Assembly (NCBI GenBank): GCA_963745625.1
Contig: CAVUXZ010000014.1
Span: 162,787 to 226,786 of the forward strand
Direction of reading: 5' to 3'
Length of the DNA stretch: 64,000 nt
Origin: an uncultured Solirubrobacterales bacterium
GTDB taxonomy: Bacteria; Actinomycetota; Thermoleophilia; Solirubrobacterales; 70-9
The position numbers were made by a program, and so were the translations under genes. The notes beneath the pieces are model-generated. The model saw only the letters and a list, made by a program, of their open reading frames with translations, had not been told where the DNA came from and did not search any database. This document shows, in pieces, positions 55,741-64,000 of this stretch (positions are counted from its first letter, which is position 1; each line of letters begins with the position of its first letter).

Positions 55741-57240
55741 CTACGCCCCATGCGGCGGCTCGCCGCCGGTGTAGCTCGAGTACGGGTACCACCACTCCTT
55801 CGGAGCGACCTCGCTCTCGATGTGGACGTGCTTGGTCTCCTGGAAAGCCTCGAGCCCCTCGCGGCCAAGCTCCCTGCCGAGCCCCGACTGCTTGAAGCCT
55901 CCGAAGGGACCGGCGTCGTTGTCGGTCAGAGGATCGTTGAACCAGACCGTCCCCGCCTTCACCTCGCGCATGCAGCGCAGGATCGTCTTGAAGTCCTCCG
56001 TGTAGATGTTGGCACCGAGCCCATAGGGGGTGGAGTTCGCCAGCTCGATCGCCTCGTCCAAGCTGCCGACCCGGACCAGCGGCGCGACTGGCCCGAAGGT
56101 CTCCTCCCGGAGCAGATCGGTCTCGGCCGGCGCACCGGTGACGACCGCCGGAGAGAAGAAGTGGCCACGCTCGTGCCCCGCGTCGTCGCCGCCCACCACG
56201 AGATCGGCGCCGGCGCCGACCGCGGCCTCCACCTGATCGGCCACCTTCTGGCGCTGGGCGGCTGAGACCATCGGCCCGATGTCGGTGTCGCTCTGCATCG
56301 GGTCACCGATCACGAGGCTCCTGGTGTAGTCGACGAGCGCCGACAGGTAGTCGTCGTAGACGTCATCCAGCACGTAGAAACGCTCTGCCGATGTGCAGAC
56401 CTGGCCGGAGTTGAGGAAGGCCGCCCAGGCGCCGCCCTTGGCGGCGACGTCGATCCGCTCGGCGACGTCAGAGCAGACGATGAAGGGGTCCTTTCCTCCC
56501 ATCTCGAGGTTGACGCGGGCCATCCGGTCGACGCAGGCCCGAGCGACCTCCTTGCCGGTCGCCACCGAGCCGGTGAAGGCGACGCCGTCGACCCTGGGGT
56601 CGCCCGTGATCGCCGCGCCGACCGGCGGCCCGCCGGCGATCAGGTTGACGACGCCCGGTGGCAGGTGGTCCAGGCACGGGGACAACATCAGCGTCGAGAT
56701 CGGCGTCAGCTCGGAGGGCTTGCAGACCAGCGTGTTACCGGCCGCCAGCGCCGGCGCCATCTTCCAGGCGAGGAGCAGCAGCGGATAGTTCCAGGGCACG
56801 ATGCAGCCGATCACGCCGAGCGGCTCCTTCACCACCAGCGAGAGCTGGCTCGACTCGATCGAGGGGATCACCCGGCCCGCGGAATCCCGTCCGATCTCGG
56901 CGTAGTAGTCGAAGCACGCGGCGGTCCAGCCGATCTCGTCGGAGTTCTCGACCAGCGGCTTGCCGCCCTCGAGCGTCATCACCTCGGCCAGCTCGTCGAT
57001 CCGCGCCCGCAGCCGATTTGCGACCTCACGCAGAAGCTCACCGCGATCAACCGCCGGAGTCCTGGCCCAGTCGAGCGCCGCCTCGCGGGCGGCTGAGATC
57101 GCAGCATCGACCTGCTCATCACCGGCACCCCCCACCGAAGCAATCACCTCCTCGGTGTAGGGATTCTCGACCTCGAGAACCAGACCATCGCCTGAGACCT
57201 GCTCACCGTGAATCAGCAGTCGGGTCTCGAAATCGGCCAC
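55741..57240 (-). CDS. NAD(P)+-dependent aldehyde dehydrogenase (aminobutyraldehyde/betaine-aldehyde DH-like)
   Basis: VPWNYPL, FTGSVATGK, LEMGGKDP, NSGQVCTSAER, EETFGPV motifs. Confidence 0.92.
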   Translation of the reverse strand: MADFETRLLIHGEQVSGDGLVLEVENPYTEEVIASVGGAGDEQVDAAISAAREAALDWARTPAVDRGELLREVANRLRARIDELAEVMTLEGGKPLVENSDEIGWTAACFDYYAEIGRDSAGRVIPSIESSQLSLVVKEPLGVIGCIVPWNYPLLLLAWKMAPALAAGNTLVCKPSELTPISTLMLSPCLDHLPPGVVNLIAGGPPVGAAITGDPRVDGVAFTGSVATGKEVARACVDRMARVNLEMGGKDPFIVCSDVAERIDVAAKGGAWAAFLNSGQVCTSAERFYVLDDVYDDYLSALVDYTRSLVIGDPMQSDTDIGPMVSAAQRQKVADQVEAAVGAGADLVVGGDDAGHERGHFFSPAVVTGAPAETDLLREETFGPVAPLVRVGSLDEAIELANSTPYGLGANIYTEDFKTILRCMREVKAGTVWFNDPLTDNDAGPFGGFKQSGLGRELGREGLEAFQETKHVHIESEVAPKEWWYPYSSYTGGEPPHGA

Positions 57241-57254
57241 GAGCCGATGCTATT

Positions 57255-57404
57255 GGGCCGGCGACGGTGGTCGCCGTGCGAGGCTGCCTCCGCAGCAGCG
57301 AGCAGTAGGCGACTGCCGGCGTCGGCCCAATGTCCCGGCGAGGCGGCGAGGCTGCGTCCGCAGCAGCGAGCAGTAGGCGGCTACCGGCGTCGGACCCGCG
57401 TCCC
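57255..57404. repeat. GC-rich dispersed repeat, copies B (57255-57339) and C (57346-57404) in tandem
   Basis: The core gcgaggctgc(c/g)tccgcagcagcgagcagtaggcg(a/g)ct(g/a)ccggcgtcgg is shared with 20144-20229. These copies generate spurious ORFs on both strands. Confidence 0.7.
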
Positions 57405-57514
57405 TGAGAGCAAGGCGGGGTCAGGACGGCCAGGGGGAGAAGGAAACCGGCCGCCCTATCCGCCCGCCTGCGCCGAGGCTGAAACCCGGCGGAGGCGAGG
57501 CAACTGACATATGT

Positions 57515-57553
57515 GGGCGGGCGCCGGAGTAGGGGGTCTCCGAACGCCCGCCC
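57515..57553 (-). terminator. candidate terminator hairpin after the basic-protein gene
   Basis: GGGCGGGCG ... CGCCCGCCC 9-bp stem, extended by inner CGGAG/CTCCG pairing, ~60 nt after the stop at 57615. No clear U-tract. Confidence 0.45.
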
Positions 57554-57614
57554 GCTGCCTCGACTCAAACAGCGCGTACCCCTGCCTCCAGCTACCTAAA
57601 CCCGGGGAACCAGA

Positions 57615-57959
57615 TCAGCGATTTTTCGCGGCGACCGCTCGTTGCAACTGGCTCTTGTTCATGCTCGAGCGACCGTCGATTCGCAGGCGCTTCGCCTGGT
57701 TGTAGAGCTGCTCCTTGGTCTGGCCCTTCTGCCGGTTGGTGCCCGATTTCCGCCCACCGCGGCTCTGCGGCGAGGATCCCTTGGTCGAGCTGCGCGACCG
57801 CGTTCGTGACTCGCCGGAGCGCGCCCGGTTCTTGTTGACGGTGCGAGCGGCCATCTCCTCGGCGCGTGAGGCCGAGGCGCCGCGGCCGCGCGCACTCTTC
57901 TTGATCTTCTCGTACTGCCTGGCACGTTTGGTGTCCTTCTTGACGCCGCGGGGTGGCAT
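57615..57959 (-). CDS. highly basic small protein with a C-terminal Rho_N/SAP-like motif
   Basis: GAAGGAG RBS. MPPRGVKKDTKRARQYEKIKKSARGRGAS..AEEMAARTVNK and a tail TKEQLYNQAKRLRIDGRSSMNKSQLQRAV. Confidence 0.6.
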   Translation of the reverse strand: MPPRGVKKDTKRARQYEKIKKSARGRGASASRAEEMAARTVNKNRARSGESRTRSRSSTKGSSPQSRGGRKSGTNRQKGQTKEQLYNQAKRLRIDGRSSMNKSQLQRAVAAKNR

Positions 57960-58118
57960 TCGAAATCACTCCTTCGCGTTTGCCTGGATCAACTCCTGCG
58001 CTACCCGCGCTGTCCGGAGTGAAACCGACGTTTTCAATCGCACCGAACCTGGGTAGCTACGCTTGGTGGGCGGCTGCACCCGCGCCCCCCAGGGGCGACA
58101 GAGGCCACGGGCGACGAG

Positions 58119-58937
58119 GTGCCACCGCTGAACGAGTTTGCCTTGGCGGACATCGAAATGAGTCAGACCCCGTCTCCTGGGCCACAGGAGCAGCTGGTCG
58201 ACGAGCGCCAACTGCTCGTGCGCTACGCGCAGGACCATTCACCGACGGTCCGCGAGGAGCTCGTCGATCGGTTCATGCCGCTGGCCAGGCGGCTCGCCGC
58301 GCGGTACTCCGGCGGCGCCGAGCCCTTCGACGACCTCGTCCAGGTGGCGAGCGTCGGGCTCGTCAAGGCCATCGAACGCTTCGACCCCGAGCGCGGCACC
58401 GCCTTCTCGACATTCGCCGTGCCGACGATCCTCGGCGAGCTCAAGAGGCACTTCCGGGACCGCGGCTGGTCGGTCCACGTTCCCCGCGACGTCCAGGAGC
58501 GGATCCTGAAGGTGGAGCGGGCGATGTCAGAGCTGCCGGCGAAGCTCGGTCACTCACCGACGGTCCAGGAGATCGGGCAGCGCATCGAGGCAACCGACGA
58601 GGAGGTGCTGGAAGCGATGCACGCCTCTCAAGGGCATCACGCGATCTCACTCGACGCCACCTCCACGATGGGCGACGGCGACGAGCCGGGCCCTCTCCGC
58701 GACCGGATCGGCGCCGAAGACCTCTCCTTCGAGACGGTCGAATACGGCGAGGCGATCGGGCCGGTGCTCGAGGAGATCTCCGAGCGCGACCGGAAGGTTC
58801 TCCACCTTCGTTTCGTGGAAGACCTGACGCAGAGCGAGATCGCCGAGCAGGTCGGCGTCTCCCAGATGCACGTCTCGCGGATCCTGCGCGCCACCGTCGA
58901 GAAGCTGCGCCAGCGGATCCCCGAGGAAGAGCTGTAG
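58119..58937 (+). CDS. group-3 sigma-70 factor (SigB/SigF-type)
   Basis: Region 2 DDLVQVASVGLVKAIERFDPERGTAFSTFAVPTILGELKRHFRD and region 4 LTQSEIAEQVGVSQMHVSRIL. Alternative start ATG 58158. Confidence 0.9.
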   Translation: MPPLNEFALADIEMSQTPSPGPQEQLVDERQLLVRYAQDHSPTVREELVDRFMPLARRLAARYSGGAEPFDDLVQVASVGLVKAIERFDPERGTAFSTFAVPTILGELKRHFRDRGWSVHVPRDVQERILKVERAMSELPAKLGHSPTVQEIGQRIEATDEEVLEAMHASQGHHAISLDATSTMGDGDEPGPLRDRIGAEDLSFETVEYGEAIGPVLEEISERDRKVLHLRFVEDLTQSEIAEQVGVSQMHVSRILRATVEKLRQRIPEEEL

Positions 58938-58976
58938 CGGCGTCGCTCGTCGCCGCGACCCACTGGCGAAGCCGGG

Positions 58977-59786
58977 CTACCGACTGACTTCGAAGACGAG
59001 GAACTCCGCCTCTTCGCCCTCGGGCGTCTCCTCGGTGGAGACCTTCATGTTGCTCGCCAGGTTGCTGAGCGAGCCGGCCCCGGGAACCTCCATCGCGGAC
59101 ATCAGGCGCTCGCCGGCACCGTCGACCAGTGGGCCGACCCGGACGTCGAGGCTGCCGTCGCCGTCCTTGACGAAGATGCCCATGCGGCCCTCGGAGAAGT
59201 TCCCCTCGGCCGACGCCGAGACCGCGTCGCCGAGGAGCACGGTGTCCGCGAGGCGGTCCACGGAGAGCTCGGCACGTGCCGCCAAGGCGCCCATCACCCG
59301 AGCGAGCACCGGCCTCACGGTCACACCCGGCGTCAGCTCCATCGCCAGCTCCGTGGGCGCCTCGGTGGACTTTCCGTTGTTGGCGAGCTCCGGAGGCGCG
59401 TAGCCGAAGCGGATCCTGGTGCTGCTGCCGTGGCCCGTCCCACGGCTGATCTCGAAGCCGTCCGAGAGGGCCGCGATCAGGGGGAGGCCGAGCCCAAGAG
59501 ATGCGTCGCCCTCGTTCGCCCGCGGGCGAAAGCCATGGCCCTCGTCTGACACCTTGACCTCCAGCTCGGTGTCTTGCGGCTCGGCGCTCACGTGGAGCGG
59601 CCCCGGCACGTCGTCGTAGGCGTGCAGGACGACGTTGTTGCAGGCCTCGGTGACCACGGTCTTCAGGTCGGCCACTCGGGACGCGGGCATATCGAGGGCC
59701 TCACCCAACCCGGCGATCGCCTGCCGGACCACCATCACGTTCTCCGCGGTAGCCGGCAGCGTGAGCTCGAACCCGCCCTTGCTCAT
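58977..59786 (-). CDS. anti-sigma factor / serine kinase (RsbW/SpoIIAB-like HATPase domain) with an extra ~130-aa C-terminal domain
   Basis: VVTEACNNVVLHAY (N-box), VSDEGHGF, LGLGLPLI. About 269 aa against ~140 for typical RsbW. Confidence 0.8.
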   Translation of the reverse strand: MSKGGFELTLPATAENVMVVRQAIAGLGEALDMPASRVADLKTVVTEACNNVVLHAYDDVPGPLHVSAEPQDTELEVKVSDEGHGFRPRANEGDASLGLGLPLIAALSDGFEISRGTGHGSSTRIRFGYAPPELANNGKSTEAPTELAMELTPGVTVRPVLARVMGALAARAELSVDRLADTVLLGDAVSASAEGNFSEGRMGIFVKDGDGSLDVRVGPLVDGAGERLMSAMEVPGAGSLSNLASNMKVSTEETPEGEEAEFLVFEVSR

Positions 59787-60187
59787 GCCGGCGACTTCCC
59801 GGAGGCCGTGGCAACCTCCGAGAAGGCCTCCTCCCTGTGGGCGTGAACGGGCAGCTCGGCCCGCAGGCCGGTCACCTCGAGCACGCGGTCCACCGCGTCG
59901 GCACCGTTTGCGTGGACGACCGCGAAGCCGATTCCCGCGTCGCGGGCCCGGCGGCGTCCGTCGAGAATCACCCCGAGAATGGACGAGTCGATGAACGTGG
60001 CGGGCGAGAGGTCGACGACGGTGGCCGTGCCCTCGTCAAGCAGACCATCGAGTCTGCGCCGAAGGATCGGCGCGGTACTCAAGTCATGCTCGCCAGAGAT
60101 GGTCAGCACTGCCACTCCTGCATCGGTTAGCTCGATCGCGAGCTCCCCCGTCCGCACACTGGCGAAACTACCTCGATCGGAGGTCAC
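59783..60187 (-). CDS. STAS-domain anti-sigma-factor antagonist (RsbV/SpoIIAA-like)
   Basis: LTISGEHDLSTAPILRRRL...VVDLSPATFIDSSILGVIL with the conserved DSS phospho-site context. GGAGG RBS. 4-nt overlap with the kinase gene. Confidence 0.85.
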   Translation of the reverse strand: MTSDRGSFASVRTGELAIELTDAGVAVLTISGEHDLSTAPILRRRLDGLLDEGTATVVDLSPATFIDSSILGVILDGRRRARDAGIGFAVVHANGADAVDRVLEVTGLRAELPVHAHREEAFSEVATASGKSPA

Positions 60188-60216
60188 TCAAACCTCCTGC
60201 ACGCAGGCAAACGCCG

Positions 60217-60630
60217 CTAGGCGCGAACCACCAGCACCGGCCTGTCGGAAAGCTGCACGAGCTTGTAAGGGGTCTCGCCGAGGATCGCACCCTTGATCGG
60301 ACTGTCTCCGTGGCTTCCCACCACGATCATGCGCGCGTCGTGCTTGTCGGCGATCGTGATCAACGCCTCGTAAGAGTGCTCGTTGATCATCTCGACTGTG
60401 CAGTCCACCTTCGTGGCCTTCGCGGCCTCAACCGCCTCAGCCGTGACCTTCCTGCCGAACTCCTCGACGGCGCGCCTCTGCTCCGGAACCTCGCCCCCGC
60501 CATATCCGCCGGGCGCAGCGCCGAAGACCACCACGATGCTGTCGCCGAGCGCCTTGGCGAAGTCCAAGGCCTGGGCAAGCGCCGACTTCGAGGAATCGGA
60601 GCCGTCGTAACCAATCACTATCTCGCTCAT
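60217..60630 (-). CDS. universal stress protein (UspA family)
   Basis: IVIGYDGSDSS...IVVGSHGDSPIKGAILGETPYKLVQLSDRPVLVV. Confidence 0.9.
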   Translation of the reverse strand: MSEIVIGYDGSDSSKSALAQALDFAKALGDSIVVVFGAAPGGYGGGEVPEQRRAVEEFGRKVTAEAVEAAKATKVDCTVEMINEHSYEALITIADKHDARMIVVGSHGDSPIKGAILGETPYKLVQLSDRPVLVVRA

Positions 60631-60643
60631 TCGACTTCTCCCC

Positions 60644-62176
60644 TCAGTCCGACATCACGGACGCTTCGCCTTTGACAGTTCCCTCGAGAATCCCGGGGTC
60701 GGCGGTCTCCGGCTTCCGTCTGAAGAAGCTGGGATAGACGACGTTCGCAATGAACATCACCACGACTCCGACGAGGAGCATGCCAATGCCGATTGCGACC
60801 GGGACGCCGAACCCGAGGAACTTGCCCGCGTACGTATTCTCCACCTTGTTGTAGTCGATGGCCGCCTTGATGAAGATGCCCGTCAGCATCAGGCCTCCGA
60901 CGAACGGAACGAGACCGGCCATGAAGAAGTTGCGGAAGCTACGCGCGAGCTGCTTGCGATAGAAGATCGCGCACGCGAAGCCGGTGATCCCGTAGTAGAA
61001 GGCAATCTGGAAGCCCAGGGCGCTGATCGAGTCCCCGAGCACGTTCTGGCTGACATTGATGATGAACAACGTCCAGATCAGGGAAACGGCACCCATCACG
61101 ATCGTCGAGACGTCAGGTGTGAGATGACTGGGATGGATGCGCCCGAACGCCTTGGGGATCGCGCCGAAGCGCGCCATCGAGAGCGTTGTCCTCGCCGTTG
61201 GCAGGATCGTCGTCTGGGTTGACGCCGATGCCGAGGTGAGCACGGCGATGATCAGCAGCTTGTCCCATGGCGTTCCGAAGACGTCTCCGCCCAGTGCGCT
61301 GAGCACGTCGTCACCGTGGTGCTTCAGGAAGATCGTGCCGGCGAACGACTGAGCGGACGCCGAAACCGCGACGTAGATGAGGACCAGCAGCAGCGTGCTC
61401 ATGACGGCCGCCTTCCCGGGGCCGCTGGCGCTGTCCCGGGATTCCTCGTTCACGCAGACGCCGCTGTCCCAGCCCCAGTAGATGAAGACGCCGAGCAGGA
61501 CGCCGTCGACCAGCGCACTCCAGCCGCCTGGCAGCCCAAATGGTGAGAACCAGAAGAGCTCGACCGGGGTTCCCTGATGTCCGATGTAGACATGACCCAG
61601 GGCGATGGCACAGAAGACGCCCAGAATCACTATCTCCGCAGTCAGGAGCACGTACTGGATCCGGGCCGAGAGCTCAATGCCCACGTAGCAGATCCAGGTC
61701 ATCACTCCGATCCAGACTGCGGCTGCGATGCTCACGTCCAGCAGGCTGTTGGCCGCTGCGTCCAAGCCGAAGAGGAGGAAGGTGTACTTACCCGCGATGT
61801 AGGCCAGGGCGGCCATCACCACTACGTCGGAGACGATGATCGCCCAGCCGGTGAGCCAGCCGAGCCGGGGGCCCATCGCCCTTGTAACCCAGGTGAAGCT
61901 GGTGCCGCAGTCCGGGTCCGCTCTGTTGAGCCAGTAGTAACCCGCAGCGATCAAAAGCATCGGTATGAAGGAGACGATCATGACCGCGGGCGCGTGGGCG
62001 CCCATGCCCCCTACCGCGACGATGAACCCGAGGGTCGCCGCCAGGCTGTACGCCGGCGCCACCGAAGCGGTGGAGATGACGAGGTTCGAGAGGTAGCCCA
62101 GGGCTCCGGTCTTCAGACCCTTGTCGCCCTCCTTGGCATGACTCGGTCCGCCGGCTGCGACTGAAGCGCTCTCCAT
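60644..62176 (-). CDS. APC-superfamily amino acid/polyamine permease
   Basis: About 12 TM helices. AAGGAG RBS 6 nt before the ATG at 62176 (MESASVAAGG...). The earlier ATG at 62221 is less likely. Confidence 0.85.
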   Translation of the reverse strand: MESASVAAGGPSHAKEGDKGLKTGALGYLSNLVISTASVAPAYSLAATLGFIVAVGGMGAHAPAVMIVSFIPMLLIAAGYYWLNRADPDCGTSFTWVTRAMGPRLGWLTGWAIIVSDVVVMAALAYIAGKYTFLLFGLDAAANSLLDVSIAAAVWIGVMTWICYVGIELSARIQYVLLTAEIVILGVFCAIALGHVYIGHQGTPVELFWFSPFGLPGGWSALVDGVLLGVFIYWGWDSGVCVNEESRDSASGPGKAAVMSTLLLVLIYVAVSASAQSFAGTIFLKHHGDDVLSALGGDVFGTPWDKLLIIAVLTSASASTQTTILPTARTTLSMARFGAIPKAFGRIHPSHLTPDVSTIVMGAVSLIWTLFIINVSQNVLGDSISALGFQIAFYYGITGFACAIFYRKQLARSFRNFFMAGLVPFVGGLMLTGIFIKAAIDYNKVENTYAGKFLGFGVPVAIGIGMLLVGVVVMFIANVVYPSFFRRKPETADPGILEGTVKGEASVMSD

Positions 62177-62292
62177 CCACTTCTCCTTCCCTAGCGGGCC
62201 CGTTCGAGCCCGATTGGCCACCGCGGTGGCGCGAGGCTATGGAACACGCCAGATCGTCGCAAGTGGCGAAAGCCCCAAAAGCGGGGTCGCCC

Positions 62293-62311
62293 GTTGTACG
62301 GCTTGTACAAC
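62293..62311. promoter_or_regulatory. candidate operator: inverted repeat GTTGTAC-N5-GTACAAC in a divergent promoter region
   Basis: Perfect 7-bp arms, with further TTGTA(C/G) half-sites at ~62342-62347 and ~62370-62375, in the AT-richer gap between the permease and aminotransferase genes. Confidence 0.4.
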
Positions 62312-62403
62312 CGGACTGGTGCTTATTTCACACATTTCCGCTTGTAGGGCCGAGCAGCTGGGGGTAGCTTTGTACGGTGAGGCTAGATAGAGAGGAGGAG
62401 TGA

Positions 62404-63831
62404 ATGGCAGTTACGAGCGCCCCGCAACAGGCCAAGGCCGAGGCGAAGACACTTCAGGAGCAGGCGCAACGCCACCTCTGGATGCACTTCACTCGGATGG
62501 GAGGCTTCGGTCCTGAGCACGAGGTGCCGATCATCGTCCGCGGTGAGGGCTGCTATGTGTGGGACGACCACGGCAATCGCTACCTCGACGGCCTCTCCGC
62601 CCTCTTCTGCGTCAACTCGGGCCATGGCCGGAGCGAGCTCGGCGACGCGATGGCCGCTCAGGTCCGCGAGCTCGACTTCATCACGGTCTGGAGCTACGCG
62701 CACCCGCGCGCGATCGAGCTGGCGACGCGGATCGCCTCGCTCGCCCCGGGCGACCTGAACCGGGCCTTCTTCACCAACAGCGGCTCCGAGGCGGTGGAGT
62801 CTGCGATGAAGCTCGTCCGCAGCTACCACCGCGCCAGGGGCAACGGCCAGAAGGCGAAGCTGATCGCCCGGGAGATCGCCTACCACGGCACCACGCTCGG
62901 GGCATTGAGCGCGACGGGCATCCCGGCGCTCCGCAGCAACTTCGAGCCACTCGCCCCAGGCAGCGTTCACGTTCCCAACACCAACAGCTACCGCTGGCCC
63001 GCCGATCGCGACCCGCTCTGGGCGGCGGACCAGATCGAGGAGGCGATCCTCTTCGAGGAACCGGAGACGGTGGGCGCAGTGATCCTCGAGCCGCTCCAGA
63101 ACGCCGGCGGCTGCATCCCGCCGCAGCCCGGCTACTTTCAGCGGGTTCGCGAGATCTGCGACCGCTACGACGTGCTCTTGATCTCCGATGAGGTGATCTG
63201 CGCCTGGGGGCGTCTCGGTCACTACTTCGGCTGCCAGCGCTACGGCTACCAGCCCGACATCGTCACGGTCGCCAAGGCCCTCACCTCCGCCTACGTGCCC
63301 ATGGGCGGAATGATCGTCAGCGACGAGGTGTTCGAGCCGTTCGCGGAGGAGACCGCGATGTTCGCGCACGGCTCGACCTTCGGGGGGCACCCGGTGGCCG
63401 CCGCGACGGCGATGGCGAACCTCGACGTCTTCGAGCGCGAGGACCTCTGCGGCCATGTCCTGGAGAAGGAGCCCGAGTTCAGGGCGGCGCTGGAGACCCT
63501 CTATGACATCCCGATCGTCGGAGACATACGTGGAGACGGGTACTTCTTCGCGATCGAGCTGGTCAGGGACAAGGAGACCAAGGAGTCGCTGGAGGACGGG
63601 GAGTCGGAAGCCCTGCTCCGCGGCTATATGTCCGGCGAGCTCTACAGGCGCGGCCTGATCTGCCGCGCTGACGATCGCGGGGACCCGGTCATCCAGCTCT
63701 CCCCGCCACTGATCGCCGACACCGAGCAATTCCAGGAGATCGTCGACGTTCTTCGTCCAGTCCTGGAAGAGTCATCCCGCCGTGTAGGTCACGGAGGCGG
63801 ACCGCGTTCAGGTCGACGCCTCCGGAGCTAG
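62404..63831 (+). CDS. class-III (omega) aminotransferase, putrescine/GABA/beta-alanine-pyruvate type
   Basis: NSGSEAVESAMK, DEVICAWGRLG, AKALTSAY (PLP lysine context). AGGAGG RBS. Confidence 0.9.
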   Translation: MAVTSAPQQAKAEAKTLQEQAQRHLWMHFTRMGGFGPEHEVPIIVRGEGCYVWDDHGNRYLDGLSALFCVNSGHGRSELGDAMAAQVRELDFITVWSYAHPRAIELATRIASLAPGDLNRAFFTNSGSEAVESAMKLVRSYHRARGNGQKAKLIAREIAYHGTTLGALSATGIPALRSNFEPLAPGSVHVPNTNSYRWPADRDPLWAADQIEEAILFEEPETVGAVILEPLQNAGGCIPPQPGYFQRVREICDRYDVLLISDEVICAWGRLGHYFGCQRYGYQPDIVTVAKALTSAYVPMGGMIVSDEVFEPFAEETAMFAHGSTFGGHPVAAATAMANLDVFEREDLCGHVLEKEPEFRAALETLYDIPIVGDIRGDGYFFAIELVRDKETKESLEDGESEALLRGYMSGELYRRGLICRADDRGDPVIQLSPPLIADTEQFQEIVDVLRPVLEESSRRVGHGGGPRSGRRLRS

Positions 63832-64000
63832 ATGCTCACCGTCGAGAGCCTCACCTCCGAGCTAGGCCTCAAGGTCCTGGCGGGAGAGGACGGCGCGGCT
63901 GAGGGGGAGATTCGCTGGGTCCACATCACTGAGCTGCTCGACCCGACGCCGTGGCTCTCCGGCGGCGAGCTCCTGATGACCACCGGAATCAGGCTCGAGA
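63832..64000 (+). CDS. PucR-family transcriptional regulator, N-terminal fragment (continues beyond window)
   Basis: MLTVESLTSELGLKVLAGEDGAAEGEIRWVHITELLDPTPWLSGGELLMTTG is the typical PucR N-domain opening. The start abuts the aminotransferase stop. Confidence 0.75.
   Translation, partial: MLTVESLTSELGLKVLAGEDGAAEGEIRWVHITELLDPTPWLSGGELLMTTGIRLE

Noticed and set aside
57203-57568. ORFs on both strands in the ALDH-upstream spacer
   Set aside because: They are created by the GC-rich dispersed repeats. The same peptide (CEAASAAASSRRL) appears wherever the repeat occurs, including downstream of ino1.
62383-63729. 448-aa minus-strand ORF
   Set aside because: Antisense to the class-III aminotransferase, which has clear PLP motifs.

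Overview
High-GC (~70%) chromosomal window with Actinomycetota-style organisation (dnaK-grpE-dnaJ-hspR operon, clpB, PgsA1-like/Ino1/PimA-like lipid genes); the lineage guess (Thermoleophilia/Solirubrobacterales-like) is inference only. It is densely coding, with about 75 supportable protein genes, 3 tRNAs (Glu-UUC, Val-UAC, Asp-GUC) and no rRNA, CRISPR, transposase or integrase. Many long ORFs in the track are antisense or alternate-frame GC artefacts, or composites of 2-3 real genes. Main blocks: a heat-shock regulon at 3.6-11.3 kb. An inositol-lipid gene island at 15.0-22.2 kb, with two Aur1/Ipt1-like PAP2 paralogs around a GT-C-like membrane protein, a PIP-synthase-like CDP-alcohol transferase, myo-inositol-1-phosphate synthase and a PimA-like GT4 domain fused to a PHP phosphoesterase. 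Housekeeping and tRNA-linked genes at 23-37 kb. Envelope genes at 37-43 kb, including a catalytically degenerate DnaG-like membrane protein. A tightly coupled ALDH/decarboxylase/amidinotransferase-fold/M20 operon at 52-57 kb which, with an APC permease, a class-III aminotransferase and a PucR regulator at 60-64 kb, looks like a non-canonical arginine/agmatine-to-GABA route. A sigma factor with an RsbV/RsbW partner-switching pair at 58-60 kb. The top candidate for something undescribed is the inositol-lipid island, especially the GT4-PHP fusion as a possible missing phosphatidylinositol-phosphate phosphatase. Other signals: reading-frame disruptions in grpE (homopolymer), an ATP-grasp gene (GT microsatellite) and a decayed flavodoxin-like gene; a dispersed ~60-85 bp GC-rich repeat (3 copies); a perfect 42-bp tandem duplication; and several candidate operators. 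All family calls rest on motif recognition by eye, with no database searches.
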